Source: Selaginella moellendorffii (lineage: Eukaryota; Plantae; Lycopodiophyta). Taken from it: a stretch of 64,000 nucleotides of DNA. The notes under the pieces were generated by a model that was not told the origin of the DNA, did no database searches, and saw nothing but the letters and a program-made list of their open reading frames with translations. The stretch is from positions 900,827 through 964,826 of the forward strand of contig NW_003314305.1 of the NCBI RefSeq assembly GCF_000143415.4, given 5' to 3'. Numbering within the stretch: position 1 is the stretch's first letter; every line of letters starts with the position of its first letter. Shown here in pieces: positions 13,133-24,766 of this stretch. Position numbers and translations under genes: made by a program.

Positions 13133-14915
13133 CTTGCTCGTTTGCTGCTGCTGTTGCGAACACTGACCTTGCTGCGTCACTCTTATTGTGGTGTTGGCGT
13201 GTAGATGAAGCCACAACGAAGCCAGCTCCCGCGTATTTTCTTGTAGAGAAATCTTCGTCAATCTCGTGAGTCATGCTCACGATGCGGTCAAAGGACTGTG
13301 TCAGCGGCGATAACTTTAACAATGGAATAAACTTCTACATGTCACCTGTTCCTTCTGAGGCCGCACACTAAATGAACAGTTTGAGTGATGGTCGCACGGA
13401 AGTTCCCGAGCTCGTTCCATCGAATGGGAAGTGAAAAGATTCCAGGGGAAAAAAATGTTCGCTTTTTGAAAATTTTGGTCTGCATGACTTTCATTGTTTA
13501 GTTCTTGTTCTATGAGAAGAGGACATACCTGAAGATCGATGGGCTCCTCTCGCTTGTAGTTGAAAAGAGCTTGAGAGGCTTTACCAGGCTTGTGATAGCA
13601 AACAAAATGCGCAACAGCGTTCTCAATAGAAAGTCAATAGAAAATTAAAAAAAAACCCGCGTGGTGAATCGTCCAAGACTTCCCGAGTTGCCGGATTGGC
13701 TGCTGGTGCAATTCAGGTATGGTATCAATTTTTTCTTGCTGCTTCTTTGTCTAAATGAGGCTGCTGATAAGAATTTCTTACAGCAAGCGCGAAGATGATG
13801 GTTTTGAGCTGCTGCATCGTCAGATTACAAAGAATAATCACAATCTACAACTGGCGGTTGTTGTTGTGATTTCTGTATAGTGCAACATCCGCCGAGGTCG
13901 GTGTTTCTTGCCATAATATATTTTCTCTTCTTGGATCTTCCTTGCCTGCATGCATTGCTTGCAGCCTTGATCGTGATTTCCAGGGAAAGTTTTCCGTGCG
14001 GCGCTGTGCTGGTGTGTGCCTGTGGTACTATCACTCCCACGGCAGCCAGCGTCCATGGCCAGCTAGTTTGCTTGCTCGCGAGAATCACTGTGTTATTGTT
14101 TTTTTTTCCTTCGGGATTTGATCTCCGATTTGGCTGTGATTTATATCCTTTGGTATAGTGTTATGTTGGAGTGGATCACGTGGCACCACGTGGCAGGGAG
14201 GCTGCGCCTCCTAGTGTTGGCCGTGCCCATTCCTGTGATTGGTTTTTTAGTCTTTCGTGTGGGAGATAAATAGTGAGAGCTCTGCTGTATCTTCTTTCTA
14301 TCTATCGTGGCCGGGCTATTGCCTGGCTCCCTCACGTTTTCTCTCATGTTATTCTCTCTTGGAATCAAATTGGTGCCAAATGCGCACTAAACATGTTGAG
14401 GACACTTGTTGTGAGCTGCTCCATGCCGGCTTAGCTGAGCTTGAACCGCAACATTATAGCAAGTACTGTCTATATGTTTTCTTGCTTCAAATTCAAAGTG
14501 TCATTCGTTTGGTCTAAACATGTTCACAACAACCAAGTTGAAGCTGATGAACCAAGTGGATTCTGCTGGATGCTGATTTAAGCAAGATTTCCAAGATTGA
14601 TCCTTGAGGTACAGCTTTCTCAGATTGCTCTTTGTGTAAATATGCTCTCAAACATTAGGATGGCTTCTTGAATGATGAAGCATATGGATGTTTATTCTGA
14701 GCTAGTGGGTGAATATAAAAAAGTAGTAAAAAGCAATTAACTATTTTGGTCACAAAACATGGGATATATCTAAAATATGCTTGAATATTCTAGGATATTC
14801 TGAATATCGTGTTTATTTTTTTATAAACTTTCTTAAACACCTTTTAATATATTCAACTGTTTTACTATTATATTCATTTTATATTTATTAAAAATATTCT
14901 TAAACACAATAGAAA

Positions 14916-15177
14916 GTGCTTATTAGTTTGGTTTATGTACATTACTCCCTAGTGTTTTATATCTTACCCAATATCCATGAGTCAAAGGCTTGATCCCTCT
15001 GGGCTAAGTCTAATGCAATGTCTCCTCTCTTTCCAGAGGTTAGGATTTGATTTAGGGGCCTCCACTTCCACTTTGGTTTCCTTTGTTTCTACAGTAGGGA
15101 GGAATGTAATTGAATTGTTGCTAGTGATTAAAATGTTTTTCCTAAGCTGAGTATGTGGTATAAACCAAACTAAGCAC
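14916..15177. mobile_element. MITE-like element with ~30-bp imperfect terminal inverted repeats
   Basis: Left end gtgcttattagtttggtttatgtacattactc; reverse complement of the right end gtgcttagtttggtttataccacatactc. Non-coding interior. Confidence 0.55.
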
Positions 15178-15196
15178 GTATCTCAGCCATCATGGC

Positions 15197-16044
15197 CACC
15201 AATCAGTGCCACACTTTTCCTATTCACGATCGGTCTTTCGCAAGTCATTTTCCTTTTTCCCACCATTCTTTTGCAAGTCATTTTTCTTGTGAGGTGCTAG
15301 ATCAAATCCCTGGACGAGCCAATCGCCTTATCTCCAAGATTCCACAAGCCAGTGATCCATAAGAAATTGGCTGATACGGCAAGAAATCTATAGAGCTTCT
15401 TTTATCAGAGAAGGAGTTTCTTCTTGCCATGGATCCAGAGATCCGATCCAAACTGACCACTCCGATGCATTTTCTAAGCTTTTCTAAGAGCTTACCAAAG
15501 TAGTGGCTACGGTGGTCCACTCTACTCCTTTGGTATTCTAGTCGAACAGAACTTGGCCTCTTCCGAAATCCTCAGATTTTCTTGTGGCACAAAACAAAAT
15601 CCATTTTCTAAGCTTTTCTAAGAGTTTACCAAAGTACTGGCTATGGTGGTCCAATCTACTCCTTTGGTATTCTAGTCGAATAGAACTTGGCCTCTTCCAA
15701 AATCCTCTGATTTTACACAAAAACAAAAGGAAACGTTAGGAATGTTACGTCCCCGCGAAGGAGATTCCAACAGCGACACGAGTGACACTTGATCGACTAG
15801 ATTCTTTCTTCGAATCCATTCATACCTCCGAGGCAAAAGATTTAAAAACCCCAGACACTTGCAAAGGATCACAATGTGACTGATTGATGCTATTGACGGT
15901 TTGAGAATAGACGCGTTCCAAATTATGTAAGGTTTCAAGGAGTAAAACCGACTATTGGGCCACTTTTGCCACCTACTTTAGAGCTATGGTACTTTCTAAA
16001 AAGTTGGTAGGGCAAATAGTGTGTTTTGACTTTAAGATGAAGGG
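15197..16044. repeat. ~850-bp dispersed element, copy 1
   Basis: Highly similar direct repeat of 24767-25647. Contains an internal ~132-bp tandem duplication and ~31-bp repeats near the left end. Confidence 0.9.
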
Positions 16045-17449
16045 ATGCTTTTGACTGACACAGCATTGCTCATTGAGTTTGAGAAGATCCCATGCCCGAG
16101 CTTAGAGCTGGACTTAGCCTAGCTATTCAACTGGGGGTAGTAACTACTATTCTTCATATGATGCACCTGTAAGAGCTGGCCAAGGAAAGTTTAACCATGA
16201 TCTGAAATGAGGATTGTAGGGACTCTGAAATGGCATATGATGTGTTTGTCAATAAAGTGTGCTATGGAAATCTGGTTAGCATGCTGAAAGATGGTCTAGT
16301 ATTTAAGTTCTTTTGAGTTAAACCAACAGGCTTCAATACAAATCAGGCATTACATTTATTTGATCCAGATGATGGAGAAGGAAATGCATGTTAGCATTTT
16401 GTGGCAGACATATTATGTGTGTAAATCAATGGAATTATAATATTTATACAGTTATTTGTTGTTGTTTTTTGTTCTTACCAGTGTTCTTTACTATCTCAAA
16501 ATATAAGCTGATTATTTTTCCAAGAATAACCTATACATATTTAGCCATCAAAAGCGCTATTGAGGGAAAACAATTTGGGAAACAGAAAGTGCCATTTGAG
16601 GTATGTTTTGGAGAAAGTGTTATTTGAAGAGTGTCATAGCTAAATTAGGCTCATTTTATCTTATTTTTCTTAGCTTGTCCCTTTAATAGATTGAGTGGCT
16701 TTAGGAGTTTTCAATAAACTTACTTTTGTTTATAAGGATCCACTTAACATAATTGCACATGAAGCTCAAATGTCATAACCTTTAAAAAATTCATCTTAAA
16801 CCAATTCTTATTTATCACAGCAACATGTTGCAAGTTTCGAGCTATTGTGGGGTAAATCATTTGATTATATATAAATTGTGGTTGCTTGTCTCTCATAGAT
16901 TAGTGGCCAAGGACATAATGCACTTAAACCAAATGACATATATATATATATATCTGTGTGTGACCTTTCTCAAAAAAAAAAGTTTGAAGGTTTGAACCTC
17001 AAAATATACAAGTTATGCAGTAATGCAGACATAAGAAACACAACAGCATTGAAGGCTTCATTCATAGATTCTCAAACAGATAAGAAAAAAAACAATTGTC
17101 AATTAAATCGTTTTGCAGGGAGATGTGCTTCAGTGATGGCACCAGTTCTTCTTGATAGCTTTAACTCACCGTTGGTTCTTTCAGTCCTCAAAGTGTTTGT
17201 GGCGTTATGCAGCCAAGGCAGTGCTGATTGTGGATGACCGACAAGATTGAGGTCTTCCTGAACATAAAAGAAAAGAGAAGAAAATTGGAAGAGAGAGCTC
17301 CTAGGAATCATGCTCATAGAAAACCAGCAAATCACCACCACTTCTACGATAATACGTATTTTTACTGGTATGATCTCGGTTGATTTTTTTGGAGGCTACA
17401 GACAAAGAATTTTCCTCGTCTCTTCCTTTAGCGTCAACATCGCTGACTG

Positions 17450-17744
17450 GAGCAGCGTCGTGAGTGAGCATGACTCAGGCAGTGAGCTTGACGAGAAGAG
17501 TTCTCAGACTTTCGCGGGAGCTGGCTCTTGTTCTTGAAGGGAATGTTCACCAGAATAAAAGTGAGGTGGCAAGGTTCATTCTCGCAGCAGCAGCAGCAGC
17601 AGTCGAGCAAGATGACAACGGCAGGGTTTGGGTATTTCTCCCATCTCGGTTCTCTCATGGGCTTCATCATGATCCTCAACCAAATAGTTCTGCACCACGT
17701 CTGGTTCCTTCTGGAGCTCAAACTCAAGAGGTTTGTAACTTGGG
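17450..17744 (+). pseudogene. Promoter and 5' fragment of a BCS1-like AAA-ATPase
   Basis: MTTAGFGYFSHLGSLMGFIMILNQIV...KRFVTW. Upstream sequence resembles the reverse complement of 13130-13290. Similarity ends at ~17744. Confidence 0.85.
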
Positions 17745-19025
17745 GTGAAATTGGTTGCTGCAAAAACAGGTAGTTAACTAACTGCTTTCTTGTTTTCTCA
17801 TAATTTTTTTTCTTCCAGGTTTGAATCTTTCATCAAAAGATATTCAGCACTTAGCAATTACAACTATGAGTGTTTGTAACACTGTAATAGAAGACTGTAT
17901 GAAGCTAACAGGACACAAGAGGGTGGAAAAATGGAACATAAGGTTTTTGCTAACCATTTTGTCATTAATGCTTCTTTTTTTAACAAGTACGATCACTCTG
18001 GGAAAGCCAAGAGAACGGCGATGTCATCAGTTCTGTATAACTGGTATGATTGTACTGGTCGTCTGAAAAACTACCAAGACGAATTTAGAAAAGCATCGGA
18101 GTATATTGTATGGTGTTACAAGGTTGGTAAACCTTTAAATGAGGATCCATTGGATCTTCAAGATTGCCATCTTGTTTCTTTTGGTAATTAAAAGCTTTTT
18201 TTTTTGGAGGTTTAACACTCTTTTCAATTCAGGTGGAAATGACAATCAACAGACTCAAATTCGTGGCAGCAACAACAAACTTTTGGTAAGAAAACCAAAA
18301 ACTTTATAATCTTTATAATGGAACTTTCTCTTTTCTCTATTTTAGGTGGTCCTAGGTAGCAACAGCTTTCTCCAATAGAAGAGATCCACCAACAGGAACT
18401 GAATCACCACCAAGTTCTGGACGTGATTGAAGAGCAGCGAGGTAAGAAAATTCTTTCTTTCCTTTTTTCTTTCAATTTAGTTTTCTCTTTGTTTCAGGTG
18501 GACACGACAAGCAACACGAGATTGTGCCAGAGCATGGTGAGCAACAGGAATCAATCATTTCTTGAGACAAAGGTAAAGTTTATTTAATTTGAATTCTTTA
18601 TTTCTAACTTTTGATCTTGTTTTGTAGATCTTGACGATAATGAGTTACTTTTAGCTTTATCCAAAGATCCAAGAGTTGCAAAAGCTTTAGCACTATTAAT
18701 TAGCATCACCACATTTCACCATTATACTGTGAGTAATTGTGTCATTGTATTCAATGGTCATAGCCAAAATGAACTTGAATTATTCAAGATTGCTTTGATA
18801 AAAAAATAAAAAAGCAATTGCATCTCATGTGATTGGAGAATGTGGTTACTAGCAACCAAGTTCTCTAGAACCTGGATGATAGCAGCCACATTCTCTAGAA
18901 CCTAGTAGCTGTCAACCATGTTCTTCAGAATGTGGTTGACAGCAGTAAAATTCTCGCAGAAAGCCTGACTAAATCTAATGGCTACCAACGGTTGGACCAA
19001 GTTAACGGGCGAACCACAGCCCATT
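17745..19025 (+). mobile_element. Truncated insertion, probably the end of a DNA transposon, carrying decayed multi-exon coding sequence
   Basis: Series of GT-AG introns (17770-17818 and downstream), exons with stops, palindromic subterminal repeats. Flanked by duplicated ATPase 5' sequence. Confidence 0.5.
18837..18957. repeat. Four ~30-bp self-palindromic units in mixed orientation
   Basis: agaatgtggttactagcaaccaagttctct / agaacctggatgatagcagccacattctct / agaacctagtagctgtcaaccatgttcttc / agaatgtggttgacagcagtaaaattctcgc. Confidence 0.8.
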
Positions 19026-19083
19026 AAAGTGAGGTGGCAAGGTCAGATTTTTCTCATTCTCGCAGCAGCAGCAGTCTAACAAG

Positions 19084-20423
19084 ATGACAATGGCAGGGTT
19101 TGGGTATTTCTCCCATCTCGGTTCTCTCATGGGCTTCATCATGATCCTCAACCAGATAGTTCCGCGCCACGTCTGGTTCCTTCTGGAGCTCAAGCTCAAG
19201 AGGTTTGTAACTTGGCTATGGTGGGAGACAGAGCTCTCAATCCCAGAGTACGTCCGCAACAACAATAACGAGATCTACGACCTGGTCGACCTCTACGTTG
19301 CTCACCTCACCGACACCAACACCAAGAGCTCGGCAAACAGGATCCAGTTCACGCGAGTGAAGAACGCCAGCAAGCCGAATTGCAACCTCACCAGGGGCGA
19401 GCGAGTGGAGGACAAGTTCAAAGGCGTCACATTCTCCTGGGTCTTCAACGTCACCGAGCCCTCCAACGGCGGAGGATTCAGCTATTTTGATCGAAGTGGA
19501 GGAACCCAGCGAGAGTACGTTGTCCAAGTTCACAGGAGGCACAAGTATACAAACGCTCCATCTTTCTCCTTGGACTCTTCACTGGTTTCTTCCTCCGGCG
19601 CTGGCTTTCCCCTTTTCTTGAGCTCCAGCGAGCAGTCAATGTCCTCGATCACGATGATCGCCTTGTTGGAAATCCCCATGAGCAGCTTCCTCAAGTCGGC
19701 ATTGCTCTTCACCTCCGTCAGCTCCATGTCATAGACATCGTACTGCGTGTAGTTTGCTATGGCAGCGATGAGTGACGACTTCCCAGTCCCCGGAGGCCCG
19801 TATAAGAGATACCCGCGTTTCCAAGCCCTCCCAACTCTCTCAAAGAAATCCTTACCAGCCATGAAGGAATCCAAGTCCTGGACGATCTTGTTCTTGAGCT
19901 CGGGATCCAGCGCCAGGCTCGAGAACGTCGAGGCATGCTTGAAAGGCACCGATCTCCACGGCTGGTTCCTGTAGTCGTCCGATTTTCCTATGTTGGTGTA
20001 GAGCTGCCGGTCCTGGTTCTGGCGCTTCAAGCTCTCTCCGAGCTTGATCACTTCCCTCATGTACTCAGCGAGAGGATCATCATCTTTACGACAAATCACA
20101 AGGAAGATCTGGATCCCGCACTGCTGCGGTCGGGCAGGATGGACCTTCACATTTTGATGGGCTACTGTGGATTTGAGGCGTTCAAGGTGCTGGCGTGGAC
20201 TCACCTTGAGATCTCGCAGAAGGGCGAGTTTGAGAAGGAGTTTGGAGAGATCGAGGAGCTGATCGCCAAGGTTGAGATCACTCCTGCTGATATCGCGGAG
20301 GCGTTGATCCAGAACAGGGGGAACTCGAGAGGGGCTCTAGAGAAAGTGATTGAGGCTCTTCGAGATCGAATGGAGCAGGGTGCGAAGAAAGAAGAAGAGG
20401 GGGGTAAAAATAAAATACCCTAA
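19084..20423 (+). pseudogene. BCS1-like AAA-ATPase copy with an internal 511-bp inversion
   Basis: Sense 19084-19551, antisense 19556-20066 (Walker A/B on the minus strand), sense again 20067-20423. Near-identical to 11708-13132. Confidence 0.92.
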
Positions 20424-20699
20424 ACATTGCACTAATCGTTATTAAAGTAACATTTAACTATGTTTTATGTTGATTATGAGGTACTTGTAGTACGGTCAAT
20501 TGAGATCAAGTCCCAGATGGATCGGCTATGCGATGCGTTTGCAATGAGGAGGAGAATTCTTCGTGGAAGAAGTTGGTGGTCACTGTGGCTCATTCATTCA
20601 TAGAAGTTTAAATCATTCCACTAAGCTGGTTTTCGATCGCGCTTAATCGTGTTTGCTAGAATGCGATGCTTACGGCATAGCTCATTTGACCGCTGAGGA

Positions 20700-20895
20700 C
20701 ATCGACATGGGTGCTCAGTATGAGAGCTTGATGATTGCGTAAATTCTTCCTAGCTACCTTTTGCATCATACTTCTCAAACTCGAGTAAACTCTCAATGTA
20801 TGTTGCTCCAGTGATTTGCATTTCAGGCACAAGATCGAGATGTCGTCTTTATTGCAGAAGCAGACAAGAGCAGCAAAGTTTTCCATCGATAGCAG
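20700..20895 (-). pseudogene. Decayed exon of a FUSC/ALMT-like gene
   Basis: MENFAALVCFCNKDDISILCLKCKSLEQHTLRVYS vs MENFAVLVHAFCSNDQEEITSLCLQSKSVQRAALKAYS at ~2780-2896. Confidence 0.7.
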
Positions 20896-21181
20896 CCGTG
20901 AAAGCCATGTCGGAAGCTGTTAACACGCCCATCATGGAAGTGTGACAAACGAAACTCTCTCGTGGTCAGTGAGGACTCGTAGGGCAGATATTGCGCCACT
21001 GCCTGATCATTGAGTTCCAAGGTTGTTTGGACACAAGGGATTCTTGACTTCGATGAATTATTGTTTATACTCCATCAGAGATTCATGTTCTTGACAGTTT
21101 CCAACGTAATATGTTGAAGAATATTTTACTAGAATATTCCTGCAAGCGTGTATAAAAGGGTTCTTGCTGCCGTTCCATACT

Positions 21182-22408
21182 ATGGCAAAGAGAAAGTGGG
21201 ATGGCATGACCAAGACGAGGAGGAAGAGAATGGATCCCTCAATTTGGTCGCAGCTGCCTCGAGACATCCAACACCAGCTCATCACTCACCTCCCAATCCC
21301 CACCCTCTGCCGCTTCCGCTCCCTCTCCAAGGATTGGCACGCGGCAATCCTCCAGCAGCAGTCGCGGCAGCAATGGTACATCACCTTTGCCAACTCCGAG
21401 GGTGAGTTTCGCATCTCGCCCAACGGCATCTCCTGGAAGGTGTTAACTCACCCCCTCCCAGAGGCCCCAAAGGTACGCAGGATATTTGGTTCTCTGAGCA
21501 CTTGCTCGGCAGGTTTGGTACTGGCCTTCTCTCTCTCGAAAACCTTTCTAGTGTTCAATCCAATGATTCAAAACAGGCACGAGCTGCTTCCGCGGCTGAT
21601 CGGTAATGTGATCTTTACTGCCATTCAATCAGTGCCATGCGGCAGCGAAAGAATCTCGTACATTGTTGTTGCCGTGACTACTTCCGGTACCGCTGGCAAC
21701 CTGCGGATGCACTTGTATGATTCGCGGGTGGCAGCGTGGATCTCTACTACAGACTTCCCTGTGCCAGACAATGGCGAGCTCTTCTGCCGTGGCAATAGGA
21801 ACTACAACAACAAAAACATGCTGCTCCAGGGCGATCATCTGTACTTCTTCACCGTTTCGCCAGGAAATGTGACAAGGCTCAAATTATTCAACGTGTGGAA
21901 CCCCAAAGCCACCCTTCGAACCGTGGCAACGTGGACGAGCCTGCCCTTGGGCTTTGATGCGGCTGGTTATGCGCGCACGGGCTTTGTAGAAAAGGATATG
22001 TCTCTCATCTCTTGTGGAGGTAATTCTTCATTCTTGTGTGGCTTTTTAAGCTGACGATTGTAGTTATTTGCAGGAAAGATTGTGCTTGGCATACTAGAAC
22101 CAAGGGATGACAACAGGAACCTTGGAAGCCGCAGGTTTGGTTTTGTGTATCTGGACAAGGAGAGTTGCAGTTGGCAGGTGATGGCATCCTTGAGCCTTGA
22201 CAGCGTTTTTTCGCCTGGGATGATAAAAAATTCCGAGTACACCACCATGATAGCTGTTGGAAACAAAAACAGTAGCGAGGTGGCACTGCTTTTTCAAGAA
22301 AAATGGGGATGCATCTTAAATCTGGCTTCTGGTACTTGGCATGCCAATTATCGGCACCCAGTGACAAGTGCGATTCTTCCATTCCAGCCTTCCTTCCAGA
22401 ATTTCTAA
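21182..22408 (+). CDS. F-box protein, one intron (22020-22073)
   Basis: F-box MDPSIWSQLPRDIQHQLITHLPIPTLCRFRSLSKDW, then STCSAGLV and VFNP, ending PFQPSF. A phase-1 GT-AG intron joins the two track ORFs in frame. Confidence 0.85.
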
Positions 22409-23384
22409 TGACACATGTAACCTGGATTTATGAAAGAAAGTCTTAAGAACTTCTTATCCCATGATGTTACACATCGAAGCATTAGAAATCTGCTAGCCTT
22501 CTATTGCAGGTAATGTTACAAAGCAGGCAGGTGCTGTTTCAAAGCCTTGATTGAGCACTGGAGCAGGAACATGCACCGAGAAGAAAACCAGCATCGAATG
22601 AGCTGCTGCCATAGAATTAGACGAAGCCCCGTGAAAGTGATCATGGGACAGGGAATCCTGGGCTTGACAAGATCAGCAGCTCAGGGAGCTCCGTCTACTT
22701 TCTGCTTGCGAGCATCTCCTCCTGCTCGCCAACGTTTGAATAATCAAACGTTGACTTACGAAATCGCGGTTCATGTTGGAACTGGATCATCGCCGCCAGC
22801 GCCTATCGATGCCATGACGGTTCAAACAGCCCGGTTAACTCTACCAGTCAAGGAAAGGTCAAGGACCCGGTCAAAGACAAAGTCAACGTCCGCCACGTAT
22901 AAAGGATTTTAAGATCACTCGTCAGCTAGGAGAGCTATCAGGCCGCGACGAAAGGTACTTGAAGATGACCATTTGTATCAGCAGCTCTTGGATTGTAAGC
23001 ACACAATAAATAGGAATTGTTTGAGTGATCTTGTTTTTTCTCACAAAACTCCCAATCTTGTCATTGCTCTTCTACACTACACTTGTGTAGTTTCTCTACA
23101 GAAACTGGAAGAAAAGCCGTCGAACTGGCTAGAACGTCGTGCTAGGATCCGTGATGGCATAGTTTTGCATGTCACCGCTCTTGCCAGACCGATCGTCTGA
23201 GTTCTCTTCCAGCGCAACAAATGTTGCTGCTCAACTCTAAGTATCATCTCTTAGTCAAGCACCGACAGGTTTCCTTCCTCTTGTTCCAAAACAACAGTTT
23301 TGACGTTTCTTTCTAGATCAAATCTCGCCATTGATTTTTTCTTACCTTCCGTCACACAATGCTTGCTGCCTGAGAGAGAGTTTT

Positions 23385-23500
23385 TCTCCCCTTGTACGTT
23401 GTTTTCCTTTTAGTATCTCCTCGTACTGTCTCAAAGTAGCTCCAGTGATTTGGATTTCAGGCACAAGATCTAAGGAAGCATGAACAAGAGAAGAGCTTAA
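23385..23500 (-). pseudogene. Second decayed fragment of the same FUSC-like exon
   Basis: ctccagtgatttggatttcaggcacaagatc matches 20806-20837 and 2806-2835. Frameshifted remnants LVHAS / LCLKSKSLE / LRQYEEI. Confidence 0.55.
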
Positions 23501-23828
23501 AGATGGTGGGGGCAATTTCTCCGATGACAAACAAAACTCCCTCTCCCTCTCCCTCTCTCTCTCCCCTCGAGACTTAGGAGAAGACTGGACAACTGCCTGA
23601 TCCTAAGCTTGATGATGAAATGAAAACGTATAATTCTTTCTAAGTTGTGATAACATTCGTTCTTGCCTGTGTTTTTGTCCATGCTTAATATAATAGTGTA
23701 ATGTAATGTAGCCTTTAAGTGACATTTATTTAGTACCCTACCCTTAATCATCTTTACCGTTTAACAAGGGTGACGTGTCACCGCTTTGACGCTTCAAAGT
23801 TAGGGCAAGAGAATGCGCGTCCAGAGGA

Positions 23829-24566
23829 ATGCCCCGACGAGGTGGAGGTAACTTTTGATCGCCCAGGTTGTGTATACGAGACATCGACTTGGGCATTTTC
23901 TTTTCACGCACAGGCAAGGCCCCTCCGAGGCCAAAGGCGGTGCAACGTCCCAACAGTGCTCCTCCGCCATCTGGTAAGAACACAATCGGTATGATCGCGA
24001 TTCGCGACTGAAAGAACTCGTTTGTGGGCTTGTGCAGTTTACCATGCCCCGGCTCCTTCAATGCTGGGAGGCCTTGCGGCAACAATCGCGCAAGGTGGCT
24101 TTATTTTACGTGGTTTTCTAAACGATTTCTTTGAGTTTGAGCAGGAGCGGCATTTGGAACCGGTAGCGCTGTGGCGCACCGAGCAGTGGATGCCATTGCA
24201 GGACCTCGCACGGTTCACCACGAGCACACGACAGTAGCATCAGCCCAGCCAGCGATGTCTCCGCAGAGGAGCATGGACGATTTGTGCTTGAACGCAACCA
24301 AAGCCTTCCAAGAGGTACCATTTTATTTGCTTTTCTAGTATCTATAATATAAATAATTTTTATATATGTTCTTCTTTTAATTTGTTTTGCAGTGCGTGAA
24401 TTCTAATCTCAATGATATTGGAAAGTGCCAGTTCCTGCTGGATATGCTTAACGAGTGCCGCAAAACGTCCTCAGGTGAAGTTTTTCACCAAGTTCTTTTG
24501 ATTTTTTCCTTCTTTTTCCTGTTTTATTAATATGTTTAATTACAATCAGGTCCATCCCAACCATGA
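23829..24566 (+). CDS. Mitochondrial twin-CX9C CHCH protein (Mix17/CHCHD2/CHCHD10-like), six small exons
   Basis: Spliced product MPRRGGG...GGLAATIAQGAAFGTGSAVAHRAVDAIAGPR...CLNATKAFQECVNSNLNDIGKCQFLLDMLNECRK. Not captured as a single ORF in the track. Confidence 0.88.
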
Positions 24567-24691
24567 GGGAGCCATCAAATTTTTAGTTTTTAGATCTTTT
24601 CAAGCCCGACGTTTCAGTTTAGCTTTCTTGAAATAATCTCTTCCAAAAGATGTAATATTTAAGTTTTTGTGTAGAAGATTAAGATAACAAT

Positions 24692-24764
24692 GGGGATGTA
24701 GCTCAGATGGTAGAGCGCTCGCTTAGCATGCGAGAGGCACCGGGATCGATACCCGGCATCTCCA
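24692..24764 (+). tRNA. tRNA-Ala (anticodon AGC)
   Basis: 73-nt cloverleaf: acceptor GGGGATG/CATCTCC with the G3:U70 Ala determinant, anticodon arm CTCGC-TTAGCAT-GCGAG, T-arm CCGGG-ATCGATA-CCCGG. Upstream CAA motif. Confidence 0.96.
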
Positions 24765-24766
24765 TT

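Noticed and set aside
14330-17260. Isolated exon-like fragments (~14370-14610, ~16150-16390, ~17100-17260)
   Set aside because: Contain stops and could not be assigned to any family by eye.
18837-18957. CRISPR-like palindromic ~30-bp repeats
   Set aside because: No unique spacers, no cas genes, and a eukaryotic context.
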